Positions 17,206 through 27,059 of a DNA stretch of 64,000 nucleotides are shown one piece after another; position 1 is the stretch's first letter, and every line of letters starts with the position of its first letter. The stretch lies in NCBI RefSeq assembly GCF_053078305.1, contig NZ_CP166879.1, one strand, 5' to 3'. Made by a program: the position numbers and the translations under genes. The notes under the pieces are model-generated. The model had not been told where the DNA came from and searched no databases. It was given only the letters and a program-made list of their open reading frames with translations.

Positions 17206-17864
17206 CGGTTCTGCTGATGGTGGCCTGCAGTGGTGTCTGTCGTGCTGCCGTTCAGAACGTACCGGACGGGTACGTGCGGGTGGCCCGTGCCCATGGTATT
17301 CCCGCAGAGCTTTTGTATGCCGTTTCCCTGACGGAAACGTCCATGTCTCCGGAAGCGATGTCCGGAGTACTGAAACAACGGCGTCGTGATTTTCGTCAGC
17401 CGGACGTGGCCCGCCCCTGGCCCTGGACAATAAATGTGGCAGGAAAAGGGTACCGTTATGCCACACGTCTGGAGGCCTGGCAGGCATTGCAGGTGTTTCT
17501 GAAACATTATCCGGCAAAACGTATTGATGTCGGGATAGCACAGGTCAATCTGGGCTGGAATGGACATCGTTTCCCGTCCACATGGGCGGCATTTGATCCT
17601 TACACCAGTCTGAATACGGCAGCGGTCATTCTGCAGGAATGCCGGCGTCGCCATCCGGTCAGCTGGCTGCAGGTGGCCGGGTGTTATCACCACCCGGCAG
17701 GTGGTGCGCCGGCCGCACGTTATACCGCCGTGGTCAGACGGCATCTTGCCCGGCTCCACCGGGATAATTTCCTGAATCCGTCTGATGTGCATGTGGCAGC
17801 GACCGCCATGCTGACACCATCCCCCCGTTATATCTGGACTGAACCACAGGAGGAGCTGAAATGA
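17184..17864 (+). CDS. lytic transglycosylase (SLT domain)
   Basis: AELLYAVSLTETS (catalytic Glu context) and VGIAQVN motifs. Confidence 0.7.
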   Translation: MARGGILTVLLMVACSGVCRAAVQNVPDGYVRVARAHGIPAELLYAVSLTETSMSPEAMSGVLKQRRRDFRQPDVARPWPWTINVAGKGYRYATRLEAWQALQVFLKHYPAKRIDVGIAQVNLGWNGHRFPSTWAAFDPYTSLNTAAVILQECRRRHPVSWLQVAGCYHHPAGGAPAARYTAVVRRHLARLHRDNFLNPSDVHVAATAMLTPSPRYIWTEPQEELK

Positions 17865-18379
17865 AACGAGAAAGACTGTTTTATGTACTGAGTCTGCTGC
17901 TGTTCTGTACAACAGCTGGCGCAGAACTGAAAGTGATTGCAGACCTGGGCGGCAGGGATGCCAGCCCCTTTTTTGAGGCGATAAACCGGCAGCCACCGGT
18001 TCCCGCTTCAGTTGTGCCATCACCCTCTTTTCCGCAGGGAGAGGCGGCAATGTTACCGGTCAGTACGCCTGAAATGTCACCCGGAGAGGTTGTGGCGCGC
18101 CGGCTTCAGTTACCGGGCATCGGTGCACTTTTTCTTGTGGGCGATGATGCCCATTCCCGCACATGGCTGCAGATGAATGCAGCAGTACTCAGGGAGCGGA
18201 AGGCGGCGGGAATGGTAGTGAATGTGGCGGATGAGAGCAGTCTGCGCGTACTGCGTGAGCTGGCACCGGGGGTGGTGATGGTTCCGGCATCCGGTTCTGT
18301 ACTGGCCCGCAGGTTACAGATAAGTCATTACCCGGTGCTGATAACGGACAACGGCCTGTCACAGGTACCAGCACCATGA
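17861..18379 (+). CDS. ICE transfer-region periplasmic protein
   Basis: Signal peptide; translationally coupled within the operon. Confidence 0.45.
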   Translation: MKRERLFYVLSLLLFCTTAGAELKVIADLGGRDASPFFEAINRQPPVPASVVPSPSFPQGEAAMLPVSTPEMSPGEVVARRLQLPGIGALFLVGDDAHSRTWLQMNAAVLRERKAAGMVVNVADESSLRVLRELAPGVVMVPASGSVLARRLQISHYPVLITDNGLSQVPAP

Positions 18380-18969
18380 TGCCGCTGTCTGCCACTTCTG
18401 CTGCGCTCTCTGCTTCTCCGGTACTGACAGCCTGCCTGGTTCTCAGCCTGCTGGCTGTTGTCCTGGGGCCGGCACTGTGGCGCAGCCGGCGAAAAAAAGC
18501 GTGTGTGAGAACACGCCGGCATCAGCGTTATCGTGCCACGGCCTCACGGGTAATGAAGCGGCTGAACGAATTGCAGGGCGATGCCCGGCGGCTGAAATAT
18601 CTGCGCAAAATCAGTCCGTATGTGTTTGAGGAACTGTTGCTGCTGGCTTTTGAGCAACAGGGGATGCCGGTTATCCGTAACCCCTCATACAGCGGCGATG
18701 GTGGTCTTGATGGTCAGGTGGTGATTAACGGTGAACGCTGGCTGATACAGGCTAAACGTTACGGAAGAACCATTCGTCCGGCACATATTGATGCTTTTGG
18801 CGAACTGCTGCGCCGGAAGGGATGCAGGGGCTTTTTTATCCATACGGGGCGTACGGGGAACATCAGCCGGGCACGGCTGACACTGTGGCCGGATATTGAG
18901 CTGATCAGTGGACAACGTCTGTTGCAACTGCTGAATGGCACCTTACTGAGTAATAAAGGAAGATCATGA
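18376..18969 (+). CDS. membrane-anchored Mrr-type restriction-endonuclease-domain protein
   Basis: N-terminal TM, then FEELLLLAFEQQG...GDGGLDGQVVINGERWLIQAKRY (PD-(D/E)XK D...QxK pattern of Mrr_cat). Confidence 0.6.
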   Translation: MMPLSATSAALSASPVLTACLVLSLLAVVLGPALWRSRRKKACVRTRRHQRYRATASRVMKRLNELQGDARRLKYLRKISPYVFEELLLLAFEQQGMPVIRNPSYSGDGGLDGQVVINGERWLIQAKRYGRTIRPAHIDAFGELLRRKGCRGFFIHTGRTGNISRARLTLWPDIELISGQRLLQLLNGTLLSNKGRS

Positions 18970-19448
18970 TTATGACACTGTACCGGTTTGTTATGCTGCT
19001 GCTCCGGCTTCTGATTGTCTGGCCGTCAATGCTGGCAGGATGTCTGGTAATGCTGTATGTCTGGAACAATCTGAGTGGTGGTGAGGCAGGCATGACACAG
19101 CGTTATGCGACGGAGTCATCCCGCTGGCGTGATGCGCCTGAAGGGCATGTGATGGTACAAAAATGTTCCTCCGTCATATCCGTCTCAGGTATGTATGTCG
19201 ATGAGCAGGAATGTCCGCGAACAGCGATTTCTTTCGGGGAGGCTGTTGCTGAAGATATTCGTGAACTGAAAATGCAGGCAGTGGTTCTGTTGCTGGGCGC
19301 TTTGTTTATGGAAGGTGTCTCGTCAGTCATTCTGTTTCGTGGTTGTGGTTCTGCAGCCGTATCCGGGGAAGGCAGGGGGGGCCCGGCTGTTATGCCGTGG
19401 CCTGACGGTATCGGTATCTCAAAAGTGCAGGAGAGAAGAGCTGAATGA
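18966..19448 (+). CDS. membrane protein
   Basis: Two hydrophobic segments; overlaps both neighbours by 4 nt. Confidence 0.4.
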   Translation: MIMTLYRFVMLLLRLLIVWPSMLAGCLVMLYVWNNLSGGEAGMTQRYATESSRWRDAPEGHVMVQKCSSVISVSGMYVDEQECPRTAISFGEAVAEDIRELKMQAVVLLLGALFMEGVSSVILFRGCGSAAVSGEGRGGPAVMPWPDGIGISKVQERRAE

Positions 19449-20233
19449 AGGGGGCATTTACAGAGCGGATACAGGCGAATGCTCCGGCCTGGGCACATGA
19501 ACAACTGGTTGCATGGGATACCGCAGAGTTTGCGGCAATGTCGGATTTTATTACGGAACACTACTGGACGGGACAGGGCAGTATCAATGTGTACCGCATT
19601 GTGGGGACTGACCATCCACAGTATGCCGGAATGAGCTGGCTGGAGCTGCTGGAGCGTGGTGAACGCATGGACATCAATATCCCGTTACTTGAAAAGAATC
19701 CGGGATATTACACGCAGGCAGAGCAACAGCATGCCGGGATGGGTTTTGTCAGCACGGATGGCATTCACTGGTATGTCAGTGCTGACGGTAATCACCGCAG
19801 CTGTCTGGCCCGCTTTCTGTTCCACCTGCAGGGGGAGGGGCGCACACAGCTTCACAATGTGGCCCAGAGTATTTATCACACAGACCAGGCGTTCCGGTCT
19901 GCCTGTCGGGAAATTCACAACCTGGCAGAACCGTTGTCCCGGCATGATGTGTATCTTCGTCTGCAGATCCGGCGGCAGTGTGTTTCCCGCGAAGACCTGG
20001 CCTGCTGGAAAGTGGATCGTTTCAGAACAGAGGCGCAGTTGACAGTGGATGATGTGCATGCCGGCGGACATGACGGGCCACTGGTGTATAAGGCATTACT
20101 GCTGAATGCGGCAGACGCATGGCGGGAGGTGATGGTGTTACAGCGCAGGCTGGAGGCACTGTCAGCGTCACCGGAGAAAGCGTTGCCGCGCTCATGGTGG
20201 CGGCGTCTTTTACAGAGAGGTACCCGGTCATGA
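19445..20233 (+). CDS. hypothetical protein with a ParB/Srx-like DGNHR motif
   Basis: WYVSADGNHRSCLARFLF resembles the DGxHR signature of ParB-N/sulfiredoxin-fold proteins. Weak, single-motif call. Confidence 0.35.
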   Translation: MKGAFTERIQANAPAWAHEQLVAWDTAEFAAMSDFITEHYWTGQGSINVYRIVGTDHPQYAGMSWLELLERGERMDINIPLLEKNPGYYTQAEQQHAGMGFVSTDGIHWYVSADGNHRSCLARFLFHLQGEGRTQLHNVAQSIYHTDQAFRSACREIHNLAEPLSRHDVYLRLQIRRQCVSREDLACWKVDRFRTEAQLTVDDVHAGGHDGPLVYKALLLNAADAWREVMVLQRRLEALSASPEKALPRSWWRRLLQRGTRS

Positions 20234-22326
20234 GTAACCGTTATGTGATTGAGGCTCTGCTGCGTCCGGCTGTGGAACTGAATACCGCCGTGGTGGCAGC
20301 AACGGCGGCCGGTGTCTGTGTGACAGCGCCCTGGGCGGTGGCGCTCGCGCCTTCGGTCAGCTATGTCACAGCCGCCGGCTTTGGCGTTCTGGCAGTGGTC
20401 CGTTTCCGACAGGGGATGAAGATCATCCGTTACCGTCGCAATCTGCGCCGGCTGCCCCGTTATGTGATGAGTTCCCGGCAAATTCCGGTCAGCCGTCAGC
20501 GGCTGTTTCTGGGACGCGGCTTCCGCTGGACACAGAAGCACACCCAGCGCCTTCAGGACACGCTGCGACCGGAGGTTGCGCACTATCTTCAGCCGGGCAG
20601 TCTGTACCGGACAGCGCGCTGGCTTGAAATGAAAACGGAGCGCAGTCTTCCCTGGATTGGGCAGCTTCTTCGTCGTGACTCGCCGCTGAATCCCGTCCGT
20701 CCCCTGCCGCCGGTGGGAGGAAATCCTGCCCTGCATGGTATTGAGCCGGATGAGCAGGATGTGACGCTGGCACTGGGTGAACGTGTGGGGCACACCATTG
20801 TCTATGGCACCACCCGTGTCGGGAAAACCCGGCTGGCGGAGTTGCTGGTCACACAGGATATTCGTCGGGGAGATGTCACCATTGTCTTTGATCCCAAAGG
20901 GGATGCGGATCTGTTGCTGCGTGTCTGGGCTGAAGCACACCGTGCAGGCAGGGGCGATGAGCTTTATATCTTTCATCTGGGCTGGCCGGAAATCTCTGCG
21001 CGTTATAACGCCGTGGGGCGTTTTGGTCGTGTGTCGGAGGTGGCTTCCCGTGTGGCCGGTCAGTTATCCGGTGAAGGTAACAGTGCGGCCTTCCGTGAGT
21101 TTGCATGGCGGTTTGTCAACATTGTTGCCCGTGCACTGGTGGCACTGGGGGAGCGCCCAGATTACACGCTGATTATGCGTTATGTGAATAATATTGCCGA
21201 CCTTTATATCCGTTATGCTGGTAAGGTGATCAGCGAACAGATGCCGGAACTGGAAAACGCCATTCTGAATAACATGAATGTACTGGGGGAAGCGGATGTT
21301 CCCCGGACCATGCAGAACCAGCCGGATGCTGTGCGTATCTGGGCCATTGAGGTGGCTCTCAGCAGTGAAGCCGGAAAGAAACTCTATGATCCGATACTGG
21401 ATGGTCTGCGAAGCGCGGTACGTTATGATCGTACCTATTTTGACAAAATTGTGGCATCCCTGTTGCCGTTGCTGGAAAAACTGACCACAGGAAAGACGGC
21501 AGAACTGCTGGCACCTGACTACCTGGATATGAGCGATACCCGTCCCGTGTTTGACTGGGAGCAGGTGATACGTAAAAAGGCGGTGGTGTACATTGGTCTT
21601 GATGCGCTGAGTGACAGTGAGGTGGCCAGTGCCGTGGGTAACTCCATGTTTGCGGATCTGGTGAGTGTCGCCGGGCATATCTACAAACACGGAATGAATG
21701 CCGGTCTTCCGGGAGGGAATGGTACCAAAAATCCGGTTAACCTGCATTGTGATGAGTTTAATGAACTGATGGGTGATGAGTTCATTCCGTTAATCAACAA
21801 GGGAGGCGGTGCCGGTATGCAGGTGACGGCTTACACGCAGACCTCTTCTGATATTGAGGCCCGTACCGGTAGTGCTGCCAAAACGGCCCAGGTGCAGGGT
21901 AACTTTAATAACATGATTATGCTGCGGGTCAGGGAGAACCGGACGGCCGAGTTACTGACGACCCAGTTGTCCCAGGTGGAAATTTATACCAAAACGCTGG
22001 TTTCCGGCCATCAGGACACCGCAGATGTCACGACCGGCCAGGACTTCACATCCAGTACCCAGGATCGTGTTGGTACTGTGAAGGTGCCTTTGCTGGAGCC
22101 GGCAGATATCGTGACCCTGCCGAAAGGACAGGCCTTTGCTCTGCTGGAAGGGGGACAGTTGTGGAAAATCCGTATGCCCCTGCCTGCAACTGATGCAGAT
22201 GACGCGCTGATGCCGGAGAGTATTGCAAAAATTGCAGAGGCCATGCGGCGTAATTACCACACCGGAGAGGGATGGTGGAATGAGACTCCCTCCGTGAACA
22301 TGCCGGAAGGAGAGCAGAATGGCTGA
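20230..22326 (+). CDS. traD: type IV coupling protein TraD (ICE class)
   Basis: ATGA overlap start (MSNRYVIEALL). N-terminal TMs, Walker A YGTTRVGKT, Walker B LHCDEFNEL. Confidence 0.85.
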   Translation: MSNRYVIEALLRPAVELNTAVVAATAAGVCVTAPWAVALAPSVSYVTAAGFGVLAVVRFRQGMKIIRYRRNLRRLPRYVMSSRQIPVSRQRLFLGRGFRWTQKHTQRLQDTLRPEVAHYLQPGSLYRTARWLEMKTERSLPWIGQLLRRDSPLNPVRPLPPVGGNPALHGIEPDEQDVTLALGERVGHTIVYGTTRVGKTRLAELLVTQDIRRGDVTIVFDPKGDADLLLRVWAEAHRAGRGDELYIFHLGWPEISARYNAVGRFGRVSEVASRVAGQLSGEGNSAAFREFAWRFVNIVARALVALGERPDYTLIMRYVNNIADLYIRYAGKVISEQMPELENAILNNMNVLGEADVPRTMQNQPDAVRIWAIEVALSSEAGKKLYDPILDGLRSAVRYDRTYFDKIVASLLPLLEKLTTGKTAELLAPDYLDMSDTRPVFDWEQVIRKKAVVYIGLDALSDSEVASAVGNSMFADLVSVAGHIYKHGMNAGLPGGNGTKNPVNLHCDEFNELMGDEFIPLINKGGGAGMQVTAYTQTSSDIEARTGSAAKTAQVQGNFNNMIMLRVRENRTAELLTTQLSQVEIYTKTLVSGHQDTADVTTGQDFTSSTQDRVGTVKVPLLEPADIVTLPKGQAFALLEGGQLWKIRMPLPATDADDALMPESIAKIAEAMRRNYHTGEGWWNETPSVNMPEGEQNG

Positions 22327-23080
22327 ACCCCGTCGTGAGGTGAACAGAGCAGCACAACCCTCTCCGCCACGTCAGCACGGACTGCTCTGGAATCTGTTGT
22401 GGGGCTGGCCGTGGATGCTGGTCGGGATCCTGTTTTCCTCCCTGCTGCTGAGCCTGCTGGTTGAGTATATCGGGATTGCTTTTTTCTGGCCGGAGCAGGG
22501 GGCAGCACACAGTGAGGCAGTGATGAAGACAGAACTGGGGTGGCTGTCTTCGGAATTCACCCGCAGTCTGCTGCTGTCGGCACCATCGGTAACGGTGACA
22601 GAATGGATAGCAACGGCGTATCAGTGGCTGTTTGTGGAAACAGGTTTTCTGTCGTGGCTGAAGCAGCAAAATGCCGGTGCCGTGGTGGGTAACAGTGTGT
22701 CACAGTACAGTGAGGATGTGGGGCGCTGGCTGAGCCATTATCTGTATGAGTACCTGATGGCCACAGTATATGTCACGGTGGTCACACTGATACGGGTGAC
22801 GATCCTGGTGTTGTCTGTTCCGCTGTTTGTGATGGTGATACTGATCGCGGTTGTGGAGGGACTGGGGCGTCGTGATCTGCGCCGGTATGGTGCTGCGTAT
22901 GAGTCCAGCTTTGTTTATCACCATGCAAAAAAGTCTATTAAACCGGCGATATATATTCCCTGCATTCTTTACCTGTCCTGGCCGACGTCGGTGTATCCGA
23001 ACCTGCTGATATGGCCGGCAGCCATGCTGCTGGGGGTGGCCATCACCGTGACCATGGCATCCTTCAAGAAATATTTATAA
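22319..23080 (+). CDS. ICE integral membrane protein
   Basis: Multiple TM segments; overlaps the traD end. Confidence 0.5.
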   Translation: MAEPRREVNRAAQPSPPRQHGLLWNLLWGWPWMLVGILFSSLLLSLLVEYIGIAFFWPEQGAAHSEAVMKTELGWLSSEFTRSLLLSAPSVTVTEWIATAYQWLFVETGFLSWLKQQNAGAVVGNSVSQYSEDVGRWLSHYLYEYLMATVYVTVVTLIRVTILVLSVPLFVMVILIAVVEGLGRRDLRRYGAAYESSFVYHHAKKSIKPAIYIPCILYLSWPTSVYPNLLIWPAAMLLGVAITVTMASFKKYL

Positions 23081-23171
23081 TCCACAGAGGCCGGACACCC
23101 TGATGCAAAACTTGTTTTGTGGCAGGGTGTCGGCAGACAAGCCACGCCCTTACGGTCAGTGCGCGTCAGTG

Positions 23172-23357
23172 TCAGAGTAACGACAGCGCCGGAATGACAA
23201 CAATGTTGACGAAAATAATGAACAGAGTGATGGCCCTGATGACGTCATAGATCCACGGGGGGCAACGAGGTTCTTCATAAATGAAAAAATACACAACACA
23301 AACCCAGGTCAGAAGGAACAGGGCCCAGAACGGAAGGGCAGTACGGAGAAATTCCAT
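23172..23357 (-). CDS. small membrane protein (61 aa)
   Basis: Two TM helices. Opposite strand to the transfer operon, in AT-rich DNA. Confidence 0.4.
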   Translation of the reverse strand: MEFLRTALPFWALFLLTWVCVVYFFIYEEPRCPPWIYDVIRAITLFIIFVNIVVIPALSLL

Positions 23358-23463
23358 GCTGATGTGTTTCCTCTTTAAATTGTTAATGCGGTGCCATTAA
23401 CGGGAAACAGTAGTGATGCCGTGTTTTAATAAACAGGAATAAATCATTCAGGCTGGAATAAAT

Positions 23464-24030
23464 TTATTTGAACAGAATCTGGAACAGCGAGATGCAGAAA
23501 CTGGCTATGCTGACAGCCCCCAGAACATAGTTTATTCTTCTGGCCAGCTTCTCTTTTTTCTGACAGGAATTATAAATGTCATGAAGTGACATGGCTAATA
23601 ACTGCACTTCTGACTCACTGACATCGGGTAAACTGATTATATTTTGTAACTGTTGTTTTATATCCTCAGGGAGTTCTGTGAATGGGGCATATTTCTCGTA
23701 CCATGTGATCAGTTCTCTGACCCGGGGGACGTGATGTGAAAAGTTGTTATCAGTCAGAAAATCATTGAAAACAGACAGCAGTGCGCTTTTGATATGTTCA
23801 TGACTGGCAGACCAGCGTTCGGCCAGTAAACAGATATCATTATTTTGTAAACTGCCATTTATTATCGCTTCTTTCAGTTTTTTCTCGTACTTTCTCTTTT
23901 TTGATGATCTGTCTATATCATTGATAGTCAGGATAATGAATATCAGGCCGATGAGATAGACTGTCAGGAGAATGATTATACTGATGATGTCGTTCATGCC
24001 AGGAGTTCCGGGTTGTTTGCCTTCATCCAC
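23464..24030 (-). CDS. hypothetical membrane-anchored protein (188 aa)
   Basis: N- and C-terminal TM helices, AT-rich codon usage. Confidence 0.45.
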   Translation of the reverse strand: MDEGKQPGTPGMNDIISIIILLTVYLIGLIFIILTINDIDRSSKKRKYEKKLKEAIINGSLQNNDICLLAERWSASHEHIKSALLSVFNDFLTDNNFSHHVPRVRELITWYEKYAPFTELPEDIKQQLQNIISLPDVSESEVQLLAMSLHDIYNSCQKKEKLARRINYVLGAVSIASFCISLFQILFK

Positions 24031-24136
24031 ACCAGTGTATTCTCCCGTAAAAATTTTCTGTTTTGCAAATAGAGTTTATCGCTGATCCAGTCCCCTGCCT
24101 TACGCATCCTGTACGCACTGTTTAACTCTGACGGAG

Positions 24137-24484
24137 GTGCGTATGTTTTCTTTTCCGGCATCATCCTGCCGTGCCGGCCGTCTGGCCGGTGCCGTGGGGA
24201 TGCTGTTTCTTTTGTCCTTTGCATTACCTGCGCAGGCTGCCGAAAAGGATGAACTGGCCACTGTAATGCGCCAGCTTGACCACGTGCAGGCAGCGCTGGA
24301 GCGGGCCAGAACGGCCTCTCTGCAGGCTTCTTCACAGGGGGAACGCTACTTTTTTGATTATCTGCGTGCCCGTGCAGATTTGCAGACCATTCGTGACGGT
24401 ATTGACCATTATCTGGCCCCTTCCCGGGCGCAACCCCGGTCTTCCGCAGCCGTGATCGGTGACTACCGGCGGGAGCGTCCCTGA
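24137..24484 (+). CDS. RAQPRD-family ICE protein
   Basis: Signal peptide and the name-giving motif region SRAQPRSS near the C-terminus. Confidence 0.6.
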   Translation: MRMFSFPASSCRAGRLAGAVGMLFLLSFALPAQAAEKDELATVMRQLDHVQAALERARTASLQASSQGERYFFDYLRARADLQTIRDGIDHYLAPSRAQPRSSAAVIGDYRRERP

Positions 24485-24726
24485 TGGCGATGACGGCCCT
24501 GCAGAATACGGCCTTCCGGGCTGCTTCAGGTGAAGTGGATCTCAGTGTGCTGCATCTCATCACGCTGGGATTTCTGCTGGCAGTCGTGTTCCTCTGGGCA
24601 GCGTGGAGTCTGACGGATGCCTGGGCAGGCTGGCGTAGCGGTGATGTCCGGGATGGTGTGTTCGGCTGGTTTATGTTCCGACTCGTCCTGCTGCTGATCT
24701 GCAGTATCTGGATGTTTGCGGGTTGA
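24484..24726 (+). CDS. small ICE membrane protein
   Basis: 80 aa, two TMs, coupled to its neighbours. Confidence 0.5.
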   Translation: MAMTALQNTAFRAASGEVDLSVLHLITLGFLLAVVFLWAAWSLTDAWAGWRSGDVRDGVFGWFMFRLVLLLICSIWMFAG

Positions 24727-24760
24727 TTTCAGTGTCTTGTTTAAGTTTCAGGAGGAAATA

Positions 24761-25117
24761 ATGCATAAAAAAATGCGCATCTGTCGCCAGGCCTGGTATG
24801 CCATGGCGGTGTTTCTGTGTACCGGGATCACACCTGCTCTGGCTGATTTGCCTCAGATAGAGCCGCCAACATCCGGTGGAGGTGGTGGACTTTTCGGACA
24901 GATCAAAGGCTATCTCCAGGATGGTGTTGTGCTGTTTGGTCTTGTACTCAGTGCAGTTGCTTTTGTGAAGGTGGCGGAAGCGGCGCTTTCCACCTTCTCA
25001 GAGGTTCGTGACGGGAAGGCCGGATGGGGGCAGTTTGGTGCCATCGTGGTGGTTGGTGTTGTTCTGCTGGTCGCCATTATCTGGCTGCTGGGCAAGTCGG
25101 CCTCCATCATTCTGTAA
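24761..25117 (+). CDS. pilin-like ICE membrane protein
   Basis: RBS GGAGG; signal peptide ending ALA; GGGG stretch and two TM segments. Confidence 0.5.
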   Translation: MHKKMRICRQAWYAMAVFLCTGITPALADLPQIEPPTSGGGGGLFGQIKGYLQDGVVLFGLVLSAVAFVKVAEAALSTFSEVRDGKAGWGQFGAIVVVGVVLLVAIIWLLGKSASIIL

Positions 25118-25129
25118 GGAGACATCCCC

Positions 25130-25492
25130 ATGCAGACCATTCGTTTTTTGCCCGATCGTCTGAACGTGGAGCCTGCGGTTTTTCGTGGTTTTACCACACC
25201 GGAACTGGGGCTGGCGGCCCTGACAGGCGCTGTGGCAGGGGGGATCTGGCCGTTACCGCTGATTCCGCTACTTGGCTGGGTGATTATCCCGACCGGGATG
25301 TTGCTGACTCCCCTGCTGCTGGTCTGGTTCGGTGGCGTCTGGATCAGCCGGCTGAAGCGGGGAAAACCTGACAACTGGCTCTGGCAGCATCTGGCGAAGA
25401 AAAGCAGTGCATGGGGTGGTGGCCGGAAAACATTTATCCGGGAGGCGCATGGCTGGTCCCTGCGCCGTACCCGTAGCAGGGGGAAAAAATGA
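25130..25492 (+). CDS. ICE membrane protein
   Basis: 120 aa, two TMs. Confidence 0.5.
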   Translation: MQTIRFLPDRLNVEPAVFRGFTTPELGLAALTGAVAGGIWPLPLIPLLGWVIIPTGMLLTPLLLVWFGGVWISRLKRGKPDNWLWQHLAKKSSAWGGGRKTFIREAHGWSLRRTRSRGKK

Positions 25493-26151
25493 GTCGTTTT
25501 CGTCATGCTCTGCGGGATCGCGACCAGCATATCCTGACACTGCGTATTTTCAGCGGTGTGCTGGCCGGAATTCTGATGCTGGTCTGTATCGGGTGGATGA
25601 CGGCACCGGACAGACTGACAATTCACAATCCGCCGGATCTGCGTTCCGGCAGTACCCGTCCCTGGTGGGAAGTCCCGCCGTCAACGGTTTATTCCTTTGC
25701 CTTTTATATCTTTCAGCAACTGAATGCCTGGCCGAAGAACGGAGAGGTGGACTACCCGGCGAAAATTCATGCGCTCTCCGCCTACCTGACGCCATCCTGT
25801 CGGGAGATTCTGGAGAGTGATGCCCGCCGTCGCAGTGATGCGGGGGAGCTGCTGGAGCGTGTGCGCGTGGTGTATGAAATTCCGGAACATGGCTACGGGG
25901 GCAGGTACAACAAAAATCCGGTGACGGTGGAAGGGCGGGATAACTGGCAGGTACAGCTGGATCTGGTGGCAGATGAGTATTTTCATGCTGAGCCGGTAAA
26001 ACGGGCACTTGTCCGTTATCCGATAAAGGTGGTGCGCATGGAGGGGGATCCTGAACGTAATCCGTTCGGACTGGCGCTGGACTGCTACAGCAGTACACCA
26101 CAGCGGCTGGAAGCAGCCTCCCCGGCAGCCGGGAAGGGGGATAATCAGTGA
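25489..26151 (+). CDS. ICE transfer-region protein (single TM)
   Basis: Coupled ORF with an N-terminal TM. Confidence 0.5.
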   Translation: MSRFRHALRDRDQHILTLRIFSGVLAGILMLVCIGWMTAPDRLTIHNPPDLRSGSTRPWWEVPPSTVYSFAFYIFQQLNAWPKNGEVDYPAKIHALSAYLTPSCREILESDARRRSDAGELLERVRVVYEIPEHGYGGRYNKNPVTVEGRDNWQVQLDLVADEYFHAEPVKRALVRYPIKVVRMEGDPERNPFGLALDCYSSTPQRLEAASPAAGKGDNQ

Positions 26152-27059
26152 TGAACGGAGCTGAACGTTGTTTATACCGTAGTATTGTGATGGTCCTGTC
26201 ACTGCTGGTTTTACCACTGAGCGCACGGGCTGATGAGCTGATGAAATGGGAGCGCATTCCCTTACCCGTTACCCTGATGGCAGGACAGGAGCGGGTTATT
26301 TTTGCAGATAAAAATGTGCGGGTGGGCTTCCCGCCAGCACTGAACGGAAAGTTGAGGGTACAGAGTACCGGTGGGGCAGTCTATCTGAAAGCAGAGAGTG
26401 TTTTTCCGCAGACGCGTCTGCAACTGCAGGATGTGGAGAGCGGAGAAATTATTCTGCTGGATGTGACAGCAGCAGAAAAAGGGCCCACAGAGCCCGTACG
26501 GATTGTGTATGAGGGAAGCGTCAGTACGGTCAGTCAGGCTGGCACAGCGGCGTCTGCACGCTCTGCAGAACACAAAAAGGTGGTACCCGGCGGGGATGAC
26601 GGCTCGCAGGCCCTCCGTCAGCCGGTGAAGTATGCAGAGCCTTTACCCGTTCTGTTGACCCGCTATGCGGCACAGTCGCTGTACGCACCGTTACGGACGC
26701 TGGAAGCGGTACCGGGTATCCGGCCGGTTAATACACATCTGCCCGGGAAAATCACCACACTCTATCCGTCAGAGCCACTGACAGTCACGCCACTGGCAGC
26801 CTGGGCTGCGGGTGGGCGTGCAGTTGTTGCACTGAAACTGACGAGTACGGTAAGCCGCAAAATTATCCTTGATCCGCGGGCACTTCAGGGAAAATTCATT
26901 GCCGCGACTTTCCAGCACCGCTGGCTGGGTGCAGCAGGTACCCCTGAGGATACCACCACGCTCTATGTGGTGACGGCAGAACGGCCGGAACAGGCGTTTA
27001 TCGCGGAGCCTGCCTCCCGTCGCATTCCTTCACGGGGGGAGGTGAAGCATGCAGATTAA
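26148..27059 (+). CDS. periplasmic T4SS component
   Basis: Signal peptide ...LPLSARA. GTG 26148 or ATG 26151 start. Confidence 0.5.
   Translation: MMNGAERCLYRSIVMVLSLLVLPLSARADELMKWERIPLPVTLMAGQERVIFADKNVRVGFPPALNGKLRVQSTGGAVYLKAESVFPQTRLQLQDVESGEIILLDVTAAEKGPTEPVRIVYEGSVSTVSQAGTAASARSAEHKKVVPGGDDGSQALRQPVKYAEPLPVLLTRYAAQSLYAPLRTLEAVPGIRPVNTHLPGKITTLYPSEPLTVTPLAAWAAGGRAVVALKLTSTVSRKIILDPRALQGKFIAATFQHRWLGAAGTPEDTTTLYVVTAERPEQAFIAEPASRRIPSRGEVKHAD

Noticed and set aside
16672-18050. Long minus-strand ORFs (289 and 312 aa); similar cases at 19915-20976, 29438-30175 and 36079-37335
   Set aside because: They are antisense to tightly coupled plus-strand transfer genes that have signal peptides and Walker motifs. 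Their Arg/Pro/His-rich composition is typical of GC-rich antisense frames.
20119-20229. Upstream extension of TraD to the ATG at 20119
   Set aside because: It overlaps the preceding gene by 115 nt. ATG 20230 gives the usual ATGA coupling and a sensible N-terminus followed by TM helices.
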